Positions 45,194-54,808 of a stretch of 64,000 nt of DNA are shown here, one piece after another. Under the pieces are notes generated by a model. That model made no database searches. It was not told where the DNA came from and saw only the letters and a list, made by a program, of their open reading frames with translations. Position numbers and translations under genes: made by a program. Source of the DNA: an uncultured bacterium (GTDB lineage: Bacteria; Chloroflexota; UBA5177; JANWHV01). Position 1 is the stretch's first letter, and each line of letters begins with the position of its first letter. The stretch covers positions 480,001 to 544,000 of the forward strand of contig CAVSOU010000008.1 of the NCBI GenBank assembly GCA_963729625.1. The letters are read 5' to 3'.

Positions 45194-45742
45194 CTAAGCG
45201 CGCGTCGCTTCGGAACTTCTTCGCGTGCAGTCTTCCATTGCCACGCCGAGCAGCCTCTCCACCAGAATGCAGTCTTTCCAAACCCCGTCCAGCCGGCTGT
45301 GACGCCGGTGTACGCCGACCTGCGAGAATCCCAGCTTCTCGAGCAGCGTGAGGCTCGCGCTATTCTCGGGAAACACCCTGGAGACGAGTTTCCAGAAGCC
45401 ACATGCCTCGGCGGCCCCAAGCAGCCCTTCCATCGCTGCACGCCCGGCGCCGCAGCCGCGAGCGTTGCGCTCGACATAGACCGAGAACTCGGCAATGCCG
45501 GCGTAGCACGGCCGGCTGCTATAGGCGCTCACCGCTGCCCACCCGATGACGTGCCCGTCACGCACGACGACGATGGTAGGATACTGTGCGCCTTTTTCCC
45601 GCAGCAGTGCCACGATGTCCGAGGCAGTGCGTCTCTCGGTCTCGAACGTGGCGCAGCGATCCTCGATACCCTGGTTGTAGATCGCGGCAATCGCCGATGC
45701 GTCGTCCACTGTAGCATCGCGGACGTGCAGATCGTTATGCAT
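45194..45742 (-). CDS. GNAT N-acetyltransferase (phosphinothricin/ArsN1-like)
   Basis: IYNQGIEDR.ATFET, EFSVYV....RG.G.G, GFWKLVSRVFPEN.AS, LDGVW.D. Confidence 0.85.
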   Translation of the reverse strand: MHNDLHVRDATVDDASAIAAIYNQGIEDRCATFETERRTASDIVALLREKGAQYPTIVVVRDGHVIGWAAVSAYSSRPCYAGIAEFSVYVERNARGCGAGRAAMEGLLGAAEACGFWKLVSRVFPENSASLTLLEKLGFSQVGVHRRHSRLDGVWKDCILVERLLGVAMEDCTRRSSEATRA

Positions 45743-45751
45743 CGTTTTCCC

Positions 45752-46693
45752 TCAGCCCAACAATGGCTCGGCGGCGACTGTTGAGGTTATTTCGGCATGG
45801 GAAGCGCCGCGGCCAGCGATGGCAACGCCGAGGATGATACAGCAGCCACCGACCAAGGTGGCCAGGTCCGGTCGCTCGCTCAGGAGCACTCTGGCCAGTA
45901 CAATGCCGAGCAGTGGCTGCAGGTACAGCGTGGGCGCCGCGCTGGCCGCTTCGACATGCTTGAGCGCAACCATCCAGATCACGTAGGCAACCGCCGTCGA
46001 CGGGATACCCAGATAGAGGATCCCGGCCCAGGCTCCCGGCGTCATCCGCGGCACGCCGGCTACGGCGACGTTGACGATGGAGGCGGGGATCCAGAACAAC
46101 ATGCTGGCGACGACACCCGACGCGATAATCAGGAGACCGGGATAGCGCGCCAGCGCGGCCTTGCCAAAGGTCGAATACGATGCCTCACACACCAGGGCGA
46201 GGACTACGAGAAGGTCACCGATCAGGCGCGTTCCGCCGCCCATGTGCGGCAGGCCAAGGCCGTCCACGATCACGATGTAGATCCCCAGGGATCCGATGAT
46301 CAGTCCCCATACGGCTCCCCTGCGCACCGATTCGCGCAGTACGAGCCAGGCCATGATCGAGGTGAACATACTCTCAGCGCCAATCAGCAAGGCGGTGTCG
46401 GAGGCCGTGGTCAGGTTGAGTCCGCCGAACTCGATCAACTTGTTGAGCACGAAGCCAATCAGGCTGAGCCCGCCGAGAGGAATCAGATCGCGCCGTGTGA
46501 TCGGCATGGCGCGCCGTCCAAACCACAGAACGGGACCGAGCGCGAGCGAGGCGACGGCAAAGCGGAGGGTATTCATCTCTATCGGAGAAAGGATGCGCAT
46601 GGCCTCTTTGCCGGCCGTGTACGACCCCGACCACATGACGTTGGCAAAGATAAGCACGAGCATGGCGCGGCTTCGCGTCCAGCGCATCGGCAC
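45752..46693 (-). CDS. DMT/EamA family transporter
   Basis: About 10 TM helices, two EamA repeats, GDLL.., YLQP. Confidence 0.88.
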   Translation of the reverse strand: MPMRWTRSRAMLVLIFANVMWSGSYTAGKEAMRILSPIEMNTLRFAVASLALGPVLWFGRRAMPITRRDLIPLGGLSLIGFVLNKLIEFGGLNLTTASDTALLIGAESMFTSIMAWLVLRESVRRGAVWGLIIGSLGIYIVIVDGLGLPHMGGGTRLIGDLLVVLALVCEASYSTFGKAALARYPGLLIIASGVVASMLFWIPASIVNVAVAGVPRMTPGAWAGILYLGIPSTAVAYVIWMVALKHVEAASAAPTLYLQPLLGIVLARVLLSERPDLATLVGGCCIILGVAIAGRGASHAEITSTVAAEPLLG

Positions 46694-46862
46694 GGTCTAC
46701 TTTCTGCATGACGAGCGGAGCGCAGTCCTCCAGCAGACGTCAAGCAAGTGGAAGGTATCAGAGCTTGTCTAGCCGTTGGGGACCGGGAGCAGGCCCTGCC
46801 GTGCAGCGGCCAAGGCGCCCTGCCAAAGCCGATATCCTCGGGTAGGCGGGCGCCGTCCGATC

Positions 46863-47078
46863 CTAGCTCTTGGCTTGCTTGTGCTGCGTGCGCAGGCAGC
46901 GGGCGCAGATGCGCATCTTGGTCGCCTTGCCGTTCAGCACCAGAGTGACGTTCTGCAGGTTCGGCTTGAACGTGCGGCTCGTCACTGGGGCGCGTCGAAA
47001 CCAGCCGCCGCCTGCTTTGTGGCGAATACTGCGACCGAAGGTCGTCTTCTTGGCACAGATCTCACACTGAAAAGCCAC
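46863..47078 (-). CDS. rpmB: 50S ribosomal protein L28 (zinc-ribbon form)
   Basis: CEIC.K...G...R.FKPNLQ...ICARCLRT; GTG start with GGAG RBS. Confidence 0.9.
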   Translation of the reverse strand: MAFQCEICAKKTTFGRSIRHKAGGGWFRRAPVTSRTFKPNLQNVTLVLNGKATKMRICARCLRTQHKQAKS

Positions 47079-47398
47079 GGGCGTGTTCTCCAATCTGCCG
47101 GATGCCGGTCAGGGTTCTCTCACTATGTGGGCTGCGCGGCAGACCGGAAAGCCCGCGTCGGGGTCCAAACCGCACCGGACAAGGGTAGCATATTGCTGAT
47201 TCGCACGGCAACTCCTGCATTCTACTACGTACTAGCCAGGGGCGGACTGGCGCCTGCGGCTACCTACTCGCTTGAGACCTGACCGACACTCGGAAACACG
47301 GACCTTCACCATGGTGGCAGCCGCGCAGCGAACCGCGCTATGCTGGGGAAGTTGAGGCTCATGCGGTCCTCTCCAGCAACCCGTAGAAAGCAGGTCCG

Positions 47399-47809
47399 AT
47401 GACTGAGCAGGAGCTGGCATCGTTCTGGCGCGAGCCAAACCTGGCCAAACTGGCCACGATCAATACAGACGGCACGCCGCACCTCGTGCCGATCTGGTAT
47501 CTGCACGATGGACGGGACCTGCTGGTGGTCACCCGTCCTACATCGCGCAAGGTACGCAACCTTCGGCGCGACAACCGGGTGACCGTCTGCATCGATCGGC
47601 CCACGCCACCGTACGCCGGAGTGGTCGCGCAGGGTACGGCGGCACTGGAGGAGGTAGCGTATCAGCAACTGGCCGTACCGATGGCCGTGCGATACCTGGG
47701 CGTGGACGCCGGCACACTGGTTGGGGCGCAGTACGCACACGTTGACCTGATGACCATCCGCATTCGCATCGAGCACCAGTTCAGCTGGGACTATAGCAAG
47801 TCGGAATGA
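47399..47809 (+). CDS. Pyridoxamine 5'-phosphate oxidase-like (PPOX-class) oxidoreductase
   Basis: LATINTDGTPHLVPIWY, KVRNLRRDNRV. Confidence 0.85.
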   Translation: MTEQELASFWREPNLAKLATINTDGTPHLVPIWYLHDGRDLLVVTRPTSRKVRNLRRDNRVTVCIDRPTPPYAGVVAQGTAALEEVAYQQLAVPMAVRYLGVDAGTLVGAQYAHVDLMTIRIRIEHQFSWDYSKSE

Positions 47810-47886
47810 GCGCCTTGACCTGTGTGCGCCGCCGTGCGCGGCCGGCATGGCATACCCGCTAGCGCTATCGATAGCCGGGAGGAGAA

Positions 47887-48297
47887 ATGGACGCCGAGAC
47901 TCAACAGGCGTTGATCGCGGCCGCCACCGCCGCGCACGCACACGCCTACGCGCCGTATTCGCGTTTTCATGTTGGCGCTGCCGTGCTCGCCAGTGACGGC
48001 TCCATCTTTGCCGGCTGCAACGTGGAGAACGTATCGTACGGGCTCACAAGCTGCGCCGAGCGCAACGCGGTCTTCCGGGCGGTGGGGGAAGGAGAGCGGT
48101 CCATCCGGGCCGTGGCGGTCGTGACCGCGGCTGAAACGCCGACCGCGCCGTGCGGCGCTTGCCGGCAAGTGCTCAACGAATTCGCCGTCGAGGGCGACAT
48201 GCACGTGATCCTGGCCGGAACCACCGGGCAGGTGCGCGTGACGCGTCTCTCGGTCCTGCTGCCGGAAAGCTTTTCCAGCTTCATTCCTACGAGCTGA
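47887..48297 (+). CDS. cdd: Cytidine deaminase (homotetrameric type)
   Basis: AYAPYS.F.VGAA, GCNVEN.SYGLT.CAER, PCGACRQ. Confidence 0.95.
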   Translation: MDAETQQALIAAATAAHAHAYAPYSRFHVGAAVLASDGSIFAGCNVENVSYGLTSCAERNAVFRAVGEGERSIRAVAVVTAAETPTAPCGACRQVLNEFAVEGDMHVILAGTTGQVRVTRLSVLLPESFSSFIPTS

Positions 48298-48509
48298 AAG
48301 CCGCGCGGCGACGTCGATGCTCGGAGCACTGAAGCTGTTGCATGACAGATACCTCCATAAAGAACGCGTGACCAACGCCGCGCCACACCCCGAGTAACAT
48401 CGCTCGGCATAGATGAGTACGGCGAGGGGTACATCCGGCGTTCATCGCGCCTGTACAGGCAGTAGGTCATGCTGCCGCGTGCGAAACATGTTCGCGACAA
48501 CTGCCCGTG

Positions 48510-48734
48510 CTACGTTTCGCGCGCTGCGTCGAGCTCGTCGCTGCCTTTTGGCGGACGGCCACGGCGAGGCATGCGACCCGCACCATCCGGCCACCGCCCG
48601 GCCTCGGCCAAAACTCGGCGCAGCAGAAACTCGATCTGGGCGTTTGTGCTTCGCAGATCGTCTCCTGCCCAGCGCGCGAGCGCATCGTGAACTGCAGGAT
48701 CCAATCTGAGAAGGATGGTCTTGCGCTCAGCCAC
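48510..48734 (-). CDS. Arc-like ribbon-helix-helix protein
   Basis: RK..LLRLDP..HDAL.RWA.DDLRS.NAQIEFLLR. Confidence 0.85.
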   Translation of the reverse strand: MAERKTILLRLDPAVHDALARWAGDDLRSTNAQIEFLLRRVLAEAGRWPDGAGRMPRRGRPPKGSDELDAARET

Positions 48735-48758
48735 GGTGCCGCACCTTCAGCAAGCGGT

Positions 48759-49703
48759 CTATTGATACAGCGTGCCGGTGTTGACCACCGGATGCGTCGC
48801 CTGATCGCTGCACAGGACGACGAGCAGATTGGACACCATGGCCGCCTTTCGCTCCTCGTCCAGCTCGACGACGCCTTGCTCGGCCAGTTTGTCGAGCGCC
48901 ATGTGCACCATGCCGACGGCGCCCTCGACGATACGTTGGCGCGCGGCCACCACCGCCTCCGCTTGTTGCCGGCGCAGCATGACTTGAGCGACTTCCGGTG
49001 CGTAGGCAAGGTGTGTAAACCGCGATTCAATGATCTTCACCCCGGCGGCGCCGACCCGAACCGCGATTTCCTGCGACAGCTTCTCGGTGATCTCCTTGGC
49101 ATTGTCGCGCAGTGACAACTGACCCTCTCGACGAGCATCGTAAGGATACGTGTTGGCGATATGACGAACCGCGGTCTCCGTTTGTATGGCCACGAATTCC
49201 GTGAAATCGTCCACTTCAAACACCGCGCGCGCCGTATCGCTGACGTACCAGACAACCACAGCCGCCATCTCGATCGGATTGCCGTCGGCATCGTTGACCT
49301 TCAGGACCGGCGTCTCGTGGTTGCGAATGCGGACAGAGACCCTTCGCCGCGTGGTGAAGGGATTGACCCAGCGTAGGCCCGTCCTGCGGACGGTACCCGT
49401 GTAATGTCCGAATATCTGAATGACCCGTGCCTCTCCGGGTATGACAGCGATCAGACCACGCAGGATGAAGGGGCTCGCGATGGTCAGCAACACCGCCACG
49501 GTTATAGCCGTGACCGATGTCGCCGTGGCGCCGCCGTGCTGTCCTGAATCCACGCCACCCAGGACGTAAAGGCCCACTGCCGCAAGGGTGCACACGATAC
49601 CCAGTATGAGCAGGTACAGGCCATTGCTGCTTGGGGCAGGCCGCTCTCGCTCGCCGGATGATGCCTTGTCGAGTGTCAGCGTGCTCAGTGTGTCGATAGC
49701 CAT
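48759..49703 (-). CDS. SPFH/band 7 domain membrane protein
   Basis: Two TM helices, [36 protein letters not shown]. Confidence 0.9.
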   Translation of the reverse strand: MAIDTLSTLTLDKASSGERERPAPSSNGLYLLILGIVCTLAAVGLYVLGGVDSGQHGGATATSVTAITVAVLLTIASPFILRGLIAVIPGEARVIQIFGHYTGTVRRTGLRWVNPFTTRRRVSVRIRNHETPVLKVNDADGNPIEMAAVVVWYVSDTARAVFEVDDFTEFVAIQTETAVRHIANTYPYDARREGQLSLRDNAKEITEKLSQEIAVRVGAAGVKIIESRFTHLAYAPEVAQVMLRRQQAEAVVAARQRIVEGAVGMVHMALDKLAEQGVVELDEERKAAMVSNLLVVLCSDQATHPVVNTGTLYQ

Positions 49704-49833
49704 CGTAGAACCTCCTCAGAATGTCGTCATCTTGCTATCCATTACCTATCATAGTGATATCAGTTTTACTCGTCAAGCACGTGGCTGACTGCTTCGCGCG
49801 CTTCAGTTACGCTCAAGAGAAAGGTCGTGAGAC

Positions 49834-50922
49834 ATGAGCGTGGTACCTGAAGCCGGTGGCCGCCTCAACAAATGCTGGTTCGACAACTCGTGGTGGGACG
49901 AGCGGATTGGCCGCGCAATCTCGACCGCCGATCCGGTGCTGGCAAACCTGCGTATCACTGTGGCGCACTATCAGCTCTCGCTGGCCATGCGGGAAGTCCT
50001 CGGTTACAAGACTGGGTCCAACTTCCATACATGGGCCACATGGGGGTCCAAGAAAGCTGGCGCGACGATCCGGCAGGAAGATGTGCCTCATGTCCGCGCG
50101 CTGGCTCTGCTGACCGGCGGTGGGCTCGGTCTGCTCGGCACCGCCGAGGTCCGGCACCGGCTGGCGCGCGCGCGCCTACTCTCCTCCGTCACGGGCGCCA
50201 TCGTCGGCGGCTGGGGCATGCGGATGCTGACGCAGCAGCTTCTCGACCATGCCAGCCGGATGATCTTGAGCGGCAATTTCACTGTGCTGGACGACATTGG
50301 TCGCCAGACCGCTCGCTTCGTCAGCGTCTTCCATGGGCATCTCGATCCGGATCCGCGGTGCCTCGAGGACTTTCTCGGGCAGCTGCGTCCCGGGCCCACC
50401 ACCGCGGGCGGACAGGATCTTCTCGCGAAAGCTTTCACCCATTACTACCAGGCTTGGCACGCCAAGGACCTCAACGACAAGCACGAGCAGATGCTGCTGG
50501 CTAATCTGTACACCATTCTGCACGAGCACATCCGCCTGCAGCCGTACATCGCGAGCGCGATGCCGCTGTTGTCGCGGCGGCTTATTACCCATCGGCTGCT
50601 CAGCTTTCACGCCGGCATGCGGAAGATGAGCGTGGGCAGAGACATAGAGCCCCTTGAGGATCCGGGCTGCCCATGCACGCTGCGGCATATCGAGAACGTC
50701 GAGCTGCTGGGTTTTCTGGGCGGGCCGGGCGGCTGGGACAGGACGCCCGACAGCGTGCTTGGCAGCCATGCGAACAATTGGGCCGACATCCACGATCGCA
50801 TGAACTTCATTTGCGATCTCTTCCGCGCGCACCACTTCGATCCGGGCCTGTTCACTGCCCCGTATACCGACGCGCAATGTGCGGATATCGAATCCGGACG
50901 TGTTCCTGGGGGAGAACTCTGA
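49834..50922 (+). CDS. Hypothetical protein
   Basis: 362-aa ORF with conserved-looking motifs (NLRIT..HY.LS, ATWGSKKAG.TIR, HEHIRLQP, W....DRM.FI). Confidence 0.7.
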   Translation: MSVVPEAGGRLNKCWFDNSWWDERIGRAISTADPVLANLRITVAHYQLSLAMREVLGYKTGSNFHTWATWGSKKAGATIRQEDVPHVRALALLTGGGLGLLGTAEVRHRLARARLLSSVTGAIVGGWGMRMLTQQLLDHASRMILSGNFTVLDDIGRQTARFVSVFHGHLDPDPRCLEDFLGQLRPGPTTAGGQDLLAKAFTHYYQAWHAKDLNDKHEQMLLANLYTILHEHIRLQPYIASAMPLLSRRLITHRLLSFHAGMRKMSVGRDIEPLEDPGCPCTLRHIENVELLGFLGGPGGWDRTPDSVLGSHANNWADIHDRMNFICDLFRAHHFDPGLFTAPYTDAQCADIESGRVPGGEL

Positions 50923-51029
50923 CGCGCACTCTCGCTCCCCACCACCACACCGCGATGCTCGTGCTCAGCACCTCTGGCAGATGAACGGACTATACCAAAT
51001 CCGATATATTGTTTGTCTGGGAGAATAGT

Positions 51030-51155
51030 ATGCGACCAGTGCAATTTGTCGGCCAGTCTCGGGAGGATCTTCGGTCGTTTCCGGAGGACGTCCGGCAGGA
51101 TGTAGGCCACGCGCTCTATCTGGTGCAGATCGGTCAGACGCCTGATAACGTCAAG
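51030..51155 (+). pseudogene. Truncated RelE/ParE (Gp49-like) toxin
   Basis: MRPVQFVGQSREDLRSFPEDVRQDVGHALYLVQIG, similarity lost after about 42 codons; no antitoxin; TATACC..GATATA quasi-palindrome at 50991-51008. Confidence 0.65.
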
Positions 51156-51258
51156 GAAGAGCGCAGGCTCGACTTGCGCGTGAGCCAGCGTAGGGACTTG
51201 CACGTGGAGCGGCTGGTAGTGGCGGTGACGGCGGCGGTGAAGAAGCCGCGCGCGGCGG

Positions 51259-51483
51259 TCAGTTCGCGATCGAGAAGCGTGCCGGCACGACAAGGCAGTA
51301 GCGCTCCCGCACCACCGCTGAATAGAGTTGCATGGCACGAGAAAGCCGCTCCTGTGCCTCGCGGACGGCTTCTGGAATGCCTGCGTTCTCGGTCTGCGCG
51401 AGCAGCCTGCGGCAGCGGCTGACGTCGGCCTGAGCCTGTTGCAGTAGATCTACCATGGGGAGCACCCTCGCATTTCGTCCCAT
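51259..51483 (-). CDS. Small helical hypothetical protein
   Basis: GAGGA RBS; amphipathic helical sequence; start 51483 or 51456. Confidence 0.4.
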   Translation of the reverse strand: MGRNARVLPMVDLLQQAQADVSRCRRLLAQTENAGIPEAVREAQERLSRAMQLYSAVVRERYCLVVPARFSIAN

Positions 51484-51539
51484 CAAATCCTCGTATGGAC
51501 CTACTCTACGGTTCACATATTGGCGCGCTGTCAGCGTCC

Positions 51540-51566
51540 TGTAAAAACGTGTAAACACTGTGTAAA
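51540..51566. promoter_or_regulatory. Triple TGTAAA direct repeat (OmpR/PhoB-family-like site)
   Basis: TGTAAA-N4-TGTAAA-N5-TGTAAA. Confidence 0.5.
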
Positions 51567-51615
51567 GCTCCTCGCAACAAGCGTGGCCCCTCGCACCGTG
51601 GCTGGAGTGGCGTTC

Positions 51616-51822
51616 ATGCTGCCGCTGTGCCCGTCGCGCGCGCTCAGACGGTCTGTGTCTCGGCCTCATCCAGCTCCAACTCGCGCAGCGCCCGTCGCGC
51701 CGGTCCAACACGCGGCTAGCCAGACGGCCGACGGCGAGCTCCTGCGAACGCTGCAAGAGGCAGAAGAGGAAGTCCAGCGATTGAGTCGAGAACTGGATCG
51801 GCTCGAGCGCGAGCGCGCCTGA
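51616..51822 (+). CDS. Small coiled-coil hypothetical protein
   Basis: GGAG RBS; C-terminal heptads LQEAEEEVQRLSRELDRLERE. Confidence 0.45.
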   Translation: MLPLCPSRALRRSVSRPHPAPTRAAPVAPVQHAASQTADGELLRTLQEAEEEVQRLSRELDRLERERA

Positions 51823-51839
51823 CTCGCGGAGGCAGCAGG

Positions 51840-52493
51840 TTACGCATACGGCTTTCGGGCGATTATGCCCAGATCTTCCAGCGTGGTCATCACCTCGGTG
51901 AATCCATGGGTTCGCCGCGCTTGCAGCCCGGCGGAGAGCGCGCCGTCGACGTTCAACTGATTGTCGTCGAGGAACAGAATGCGCTCGGGCGCCAATCCCA
52001 GCGCATCCACGACGAACTCAAACGCTTCCTTGTCCGGCTTCAGACGGCCGATCATGTGCGAGAGGAAGCAGGACTCGAAGTACTGGCCCAGGCCCATCCT
52101 CTCGCCTATGCGCTCCCAATGCAGCTCGTTGGTGTTGGAAAAGCACGCGAGGCGATACGAATCGCGCAAGGACGTCAGCAGCGGTACAACACCGGGGTAC
52201 GGTCTGCGCGGCCAGGAGATAAACGCCTCGATAAACTCCTTGGCGCCGATAGAAAGCCCAAATTCACGCACGACTGCCTCGCCAAATTCCTCGACAGTCG
52301 CTTGCCCTATCTCAAACCGGCGGACGGCCGGCGACTGCAGCCAGCGCCGCCACATCTCGTCCACGCTCATCGAGTGATCGAGCCATTCCAGGAACTTTGG
52401 CACGCCGCCAAGCTCGACGAGTACCCCGCCAAGGTCAAACAGCAGGACTTCGATTGAGTCGGAGGCAACCGGCATGAACGTGTGCTTGTCCAT
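51840..52493 (-). CDS. HAD-superfamily phosphatase (YihX-like)
   Basis: LFDLGGVL, SNTN..H, KPD, FLDD...NV. Confidence 0.9.
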   Translation of the reverse strand: MDKHTFMPVASDSIEVLLFDLGGVLVELGGVPKFLEWLDHSMSVDEMWRRWLQSPAVRRFEIGQATVEEFGEAVVREFGLSIGAKEFIEAFISWPRRPYPGVVPLLTSLRDSYRLACFSNTNELHWERIGERMGLGQYFESCFLSHMIGRLKPDKEAFEFVVDALGLAPERILFLDDNQLNVDGALSAGLQARRTHGFTEVMTTLEDLGIIARKPYA

Positions 52494-53017
52494 GTGCATG
52501 GAATTGATCATACGGGAAGGTCGTTGGCAAAGACACGGCAGGCCCGAACAGCTCTCGCAGAAGCCTGCGACACGGTACGCCGTGTCGGGGGATATGGAAT
52601 GGTCGCGTTACCTGCAACCAGCGGCCACCGGAAACAGCCGTGCTCTACAGCAGTGGAAACGCGCTGTCAAGTGGCGTAATGCGCGAAAACCGCAGTCTGG
52701 CACCGTGAAATTGCTCGGCCCAACGCCGTCGATCATACTAGCCAGACGGCACTTGCACGGCTCCTTCCATATGGCGTATGACTGAGGACATAGCACACGG
52801 CAGCAGTGTTGCCGGAACCCAGAGGTTGAGGAGGCCGATCGCTGCGGCGAAGCGCGTGGCGCTTACGCCGGTCTTTTCGTGTCGGGTTCCCGCGATGCGT
52901 GCATGGGCGGAGGATACGGCCTTCCAACTATGACGGGGGCAGACAGTATCGCTCCGATACGACACCACGTGCGCCGGCTCGCGGCACACGTGGGGCATTG
53001 CCGGCGTGGGCTAGCCA

Positions 53018-54802
53018 ATGCAGACAGGTATTCCACGGGCGAAAGCGAGGCGCACATTGGATGGTCAGCTCACCACCGACGCGACAGATAGGCCGCGCGC
53101 GTTGCGCAGCCGTCTCACCGATCCAGCAGAGTTTGTTCGCGTCGTCGAGCTCGTGAGCACACGGGGCTCGTTAGCAGACTCCAGTCCATCACGCATCGTC
53201 ACCGAGGCGACCGAGCTGGCGCGACTCGGCGTGGCACATGCGCTCAGCATCACCGACAGCGCGGGCGGCCACCCCAGCCTGATTCCCGAGGCGCTGGGGG
53301 CGCGGCTGCGTGACATGGATCAGGACGTGATTATTCACCTGTCCTGCAAGGATCTGAATCGCAACGGTCTGGAGAGCAGGGCGTGGTCGCTGGCCACCGC
53401 CGGATTTGATAATGTGCTATGCATCTCCGGCGACTATCCGGTCGAGGGCTACCATGGCCGGGCCGCGCCTGTGTTCGACATCGATTCGGTGGCGCTACTG
53501 GAGATGCTGCGTGAGATGAATCACGGCTTCCCTGCCACCGCACCCAAGAAGGGTGAGTCGGCGACGCTACCGCCCACGCAATTCTTTACTGGTGCGGCGG
53601 TCTCCCCGTTCAAGCTCCGCGAGAGCGAGCTGATGCCACAGTACTTCAAGCTGGCCCGTAAGGTCGCCGCGGGCGCCCAGTTCTTCATTACCCAGCTCGG
53701 CTACGACTCGCGCAAGTTCGACGACCTGCTCAAGTTCATGGCCCTGCGGAAGCTGGACGTCCCGGTGATGGCCAACATCTTCGTCCTGACAGCCCCGACG
53801 GCGCGCTACTACCACCGCGGCGCGGTGCCGGGCGTCATCGTCTCCGATGCCCTCCTGGAACTGGCGGAGACGCAAGCAGCGTCAAAAGACAAAGGGAAGA
53901 AGTTCTTCCACGAATTCGCCGCCAAGCAAGTTGCCATTGCCCGCGGGTTGGGCTATCGCGGCGCCTACCTGGGCGGCCACGTGAAGCCCGCAGACTTCAA
54001 GGCCATCTTCGCGCTGGCCGATTCGTTTGGCGCCGACGACTGGCGGATCTTCGCGCGGGAGATCCAGTTTGGCCAGCCCGGAGAATTCTATCTGTTCGAG
54101 CAGGATCTGACGACACAGCTCAGCTCGACAGAGGTCAATCGCGCCTATCGTCAGTCAGTCACTCCGGCAGGACGGCGCCAGCTGCTCGACGGCGTGCCGG
54201 TCGCCTACAAGCTCAATCGCTCGGTGCACACGCACGTATTTGACCAGAACTCCTTCGGTTTCCGCATGGGAAAGCGCTTCTACGCGCGCGTCGATCGCTC
54301 CCCCGGAGCCCAGAAATGGATGCATGTCGCCGAGCAGGCAATCAAGATTCCCATGTTCGGGTGCCGCGACTGCGGCGACTGCTCGCTGCCGGACATCGCC
54401 TATCTGTGCCCGGAATCACAGTGCGCCAAGAACCAGCGGAACGGACCGTGCGGTGGGAGCCACGAAGGCATCTGCGAGGCCACGCAGAAGAAGTGCATGT
54501 GGACCCGAGCCTACGAGCGACTGAAACCCTATGGAGAAGAAGGACACATGCTCGATCGTCCGGCGGTCACCAAGGACAGCAGCCTCAAGGGTACTTCATC
54601 GTGGGCAAACACATTCCTGGGACGCGACCATTTTGGCATCGATCGGGGCATGGCTCAGAAACTCAGTGATACTGTGGGGCCGGCAGGTGTTGCCTTGACT
54701 GCTGAAAAGGGGCCAACTTCGGCAATCCGCCCCGCGCAAACTCTAGCCCCGGATCCCGCCCCAATCGAACCATCCCTCGATCGGCAGCAGAACAAGGAGT
54801 GA
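53018..54802 (+). CDS. metF: Methylene-THF reductase fused to Cys-rich MetV-like C-terminal domain
   Basis: ITD, IHLSCKDLNR, GD, K..AGAQFFITQ; C-terminal CRDCGDC...CP..CAK..RNGPCGG...CE....C.W; start 53018 or 53057. Confidence 0.85.
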   Translation: MQTGIPRAKARRTLDGQLTTDATDRPRALRSRLTDPAEFVRVVELVSTRGSLADSSPSRIVTEATELARLGVAHALSITDSAGGHPSLIPEALGARLRDMDQDVIIHLSCKDLNRNGLESRAWSLATAGFDNVLCISGDYPVEGYHGRAAPVFDIDSVALLEMLREMNHGFPATAPKKGESATLPPTQFFTGAAVSPFKLRESELMPQYFKLARKVAAGAQFFITQLGYDSRKFDDLLKFMALRKLDVPVMANIFVLTAPTARYYHRGAVPGVIVSDALLELAETQAASKDKGKKFFHEFAAKQVAIARGLGYRGAYLGGHVKPADFKAIFALADSFGADDWRIFAREIQFGQPGEFYLFEQDLTTQLSSTEVNRAYRQSVTPAGRRQLLDGVPVAYKLNRSVHTHVFDQNSFGFRMGKRFYARVDRSPGAQKWMHVAEQAIKIPMFGCRDCGDCSLPDIAYLCPESQCAKNQRNGPCGGSHEGICEATQKKCMWTRAYERLKPYGEEGHMLDRPAVTKDSSLKGTSSWANTFLGRDHFGIDRGMAQKLSDTVGPAGVALTAEKGPTSAIRPAQTLAPDPAPIEPSLDRQQNKE

Positions 54803-54808
54803 CGGTAA

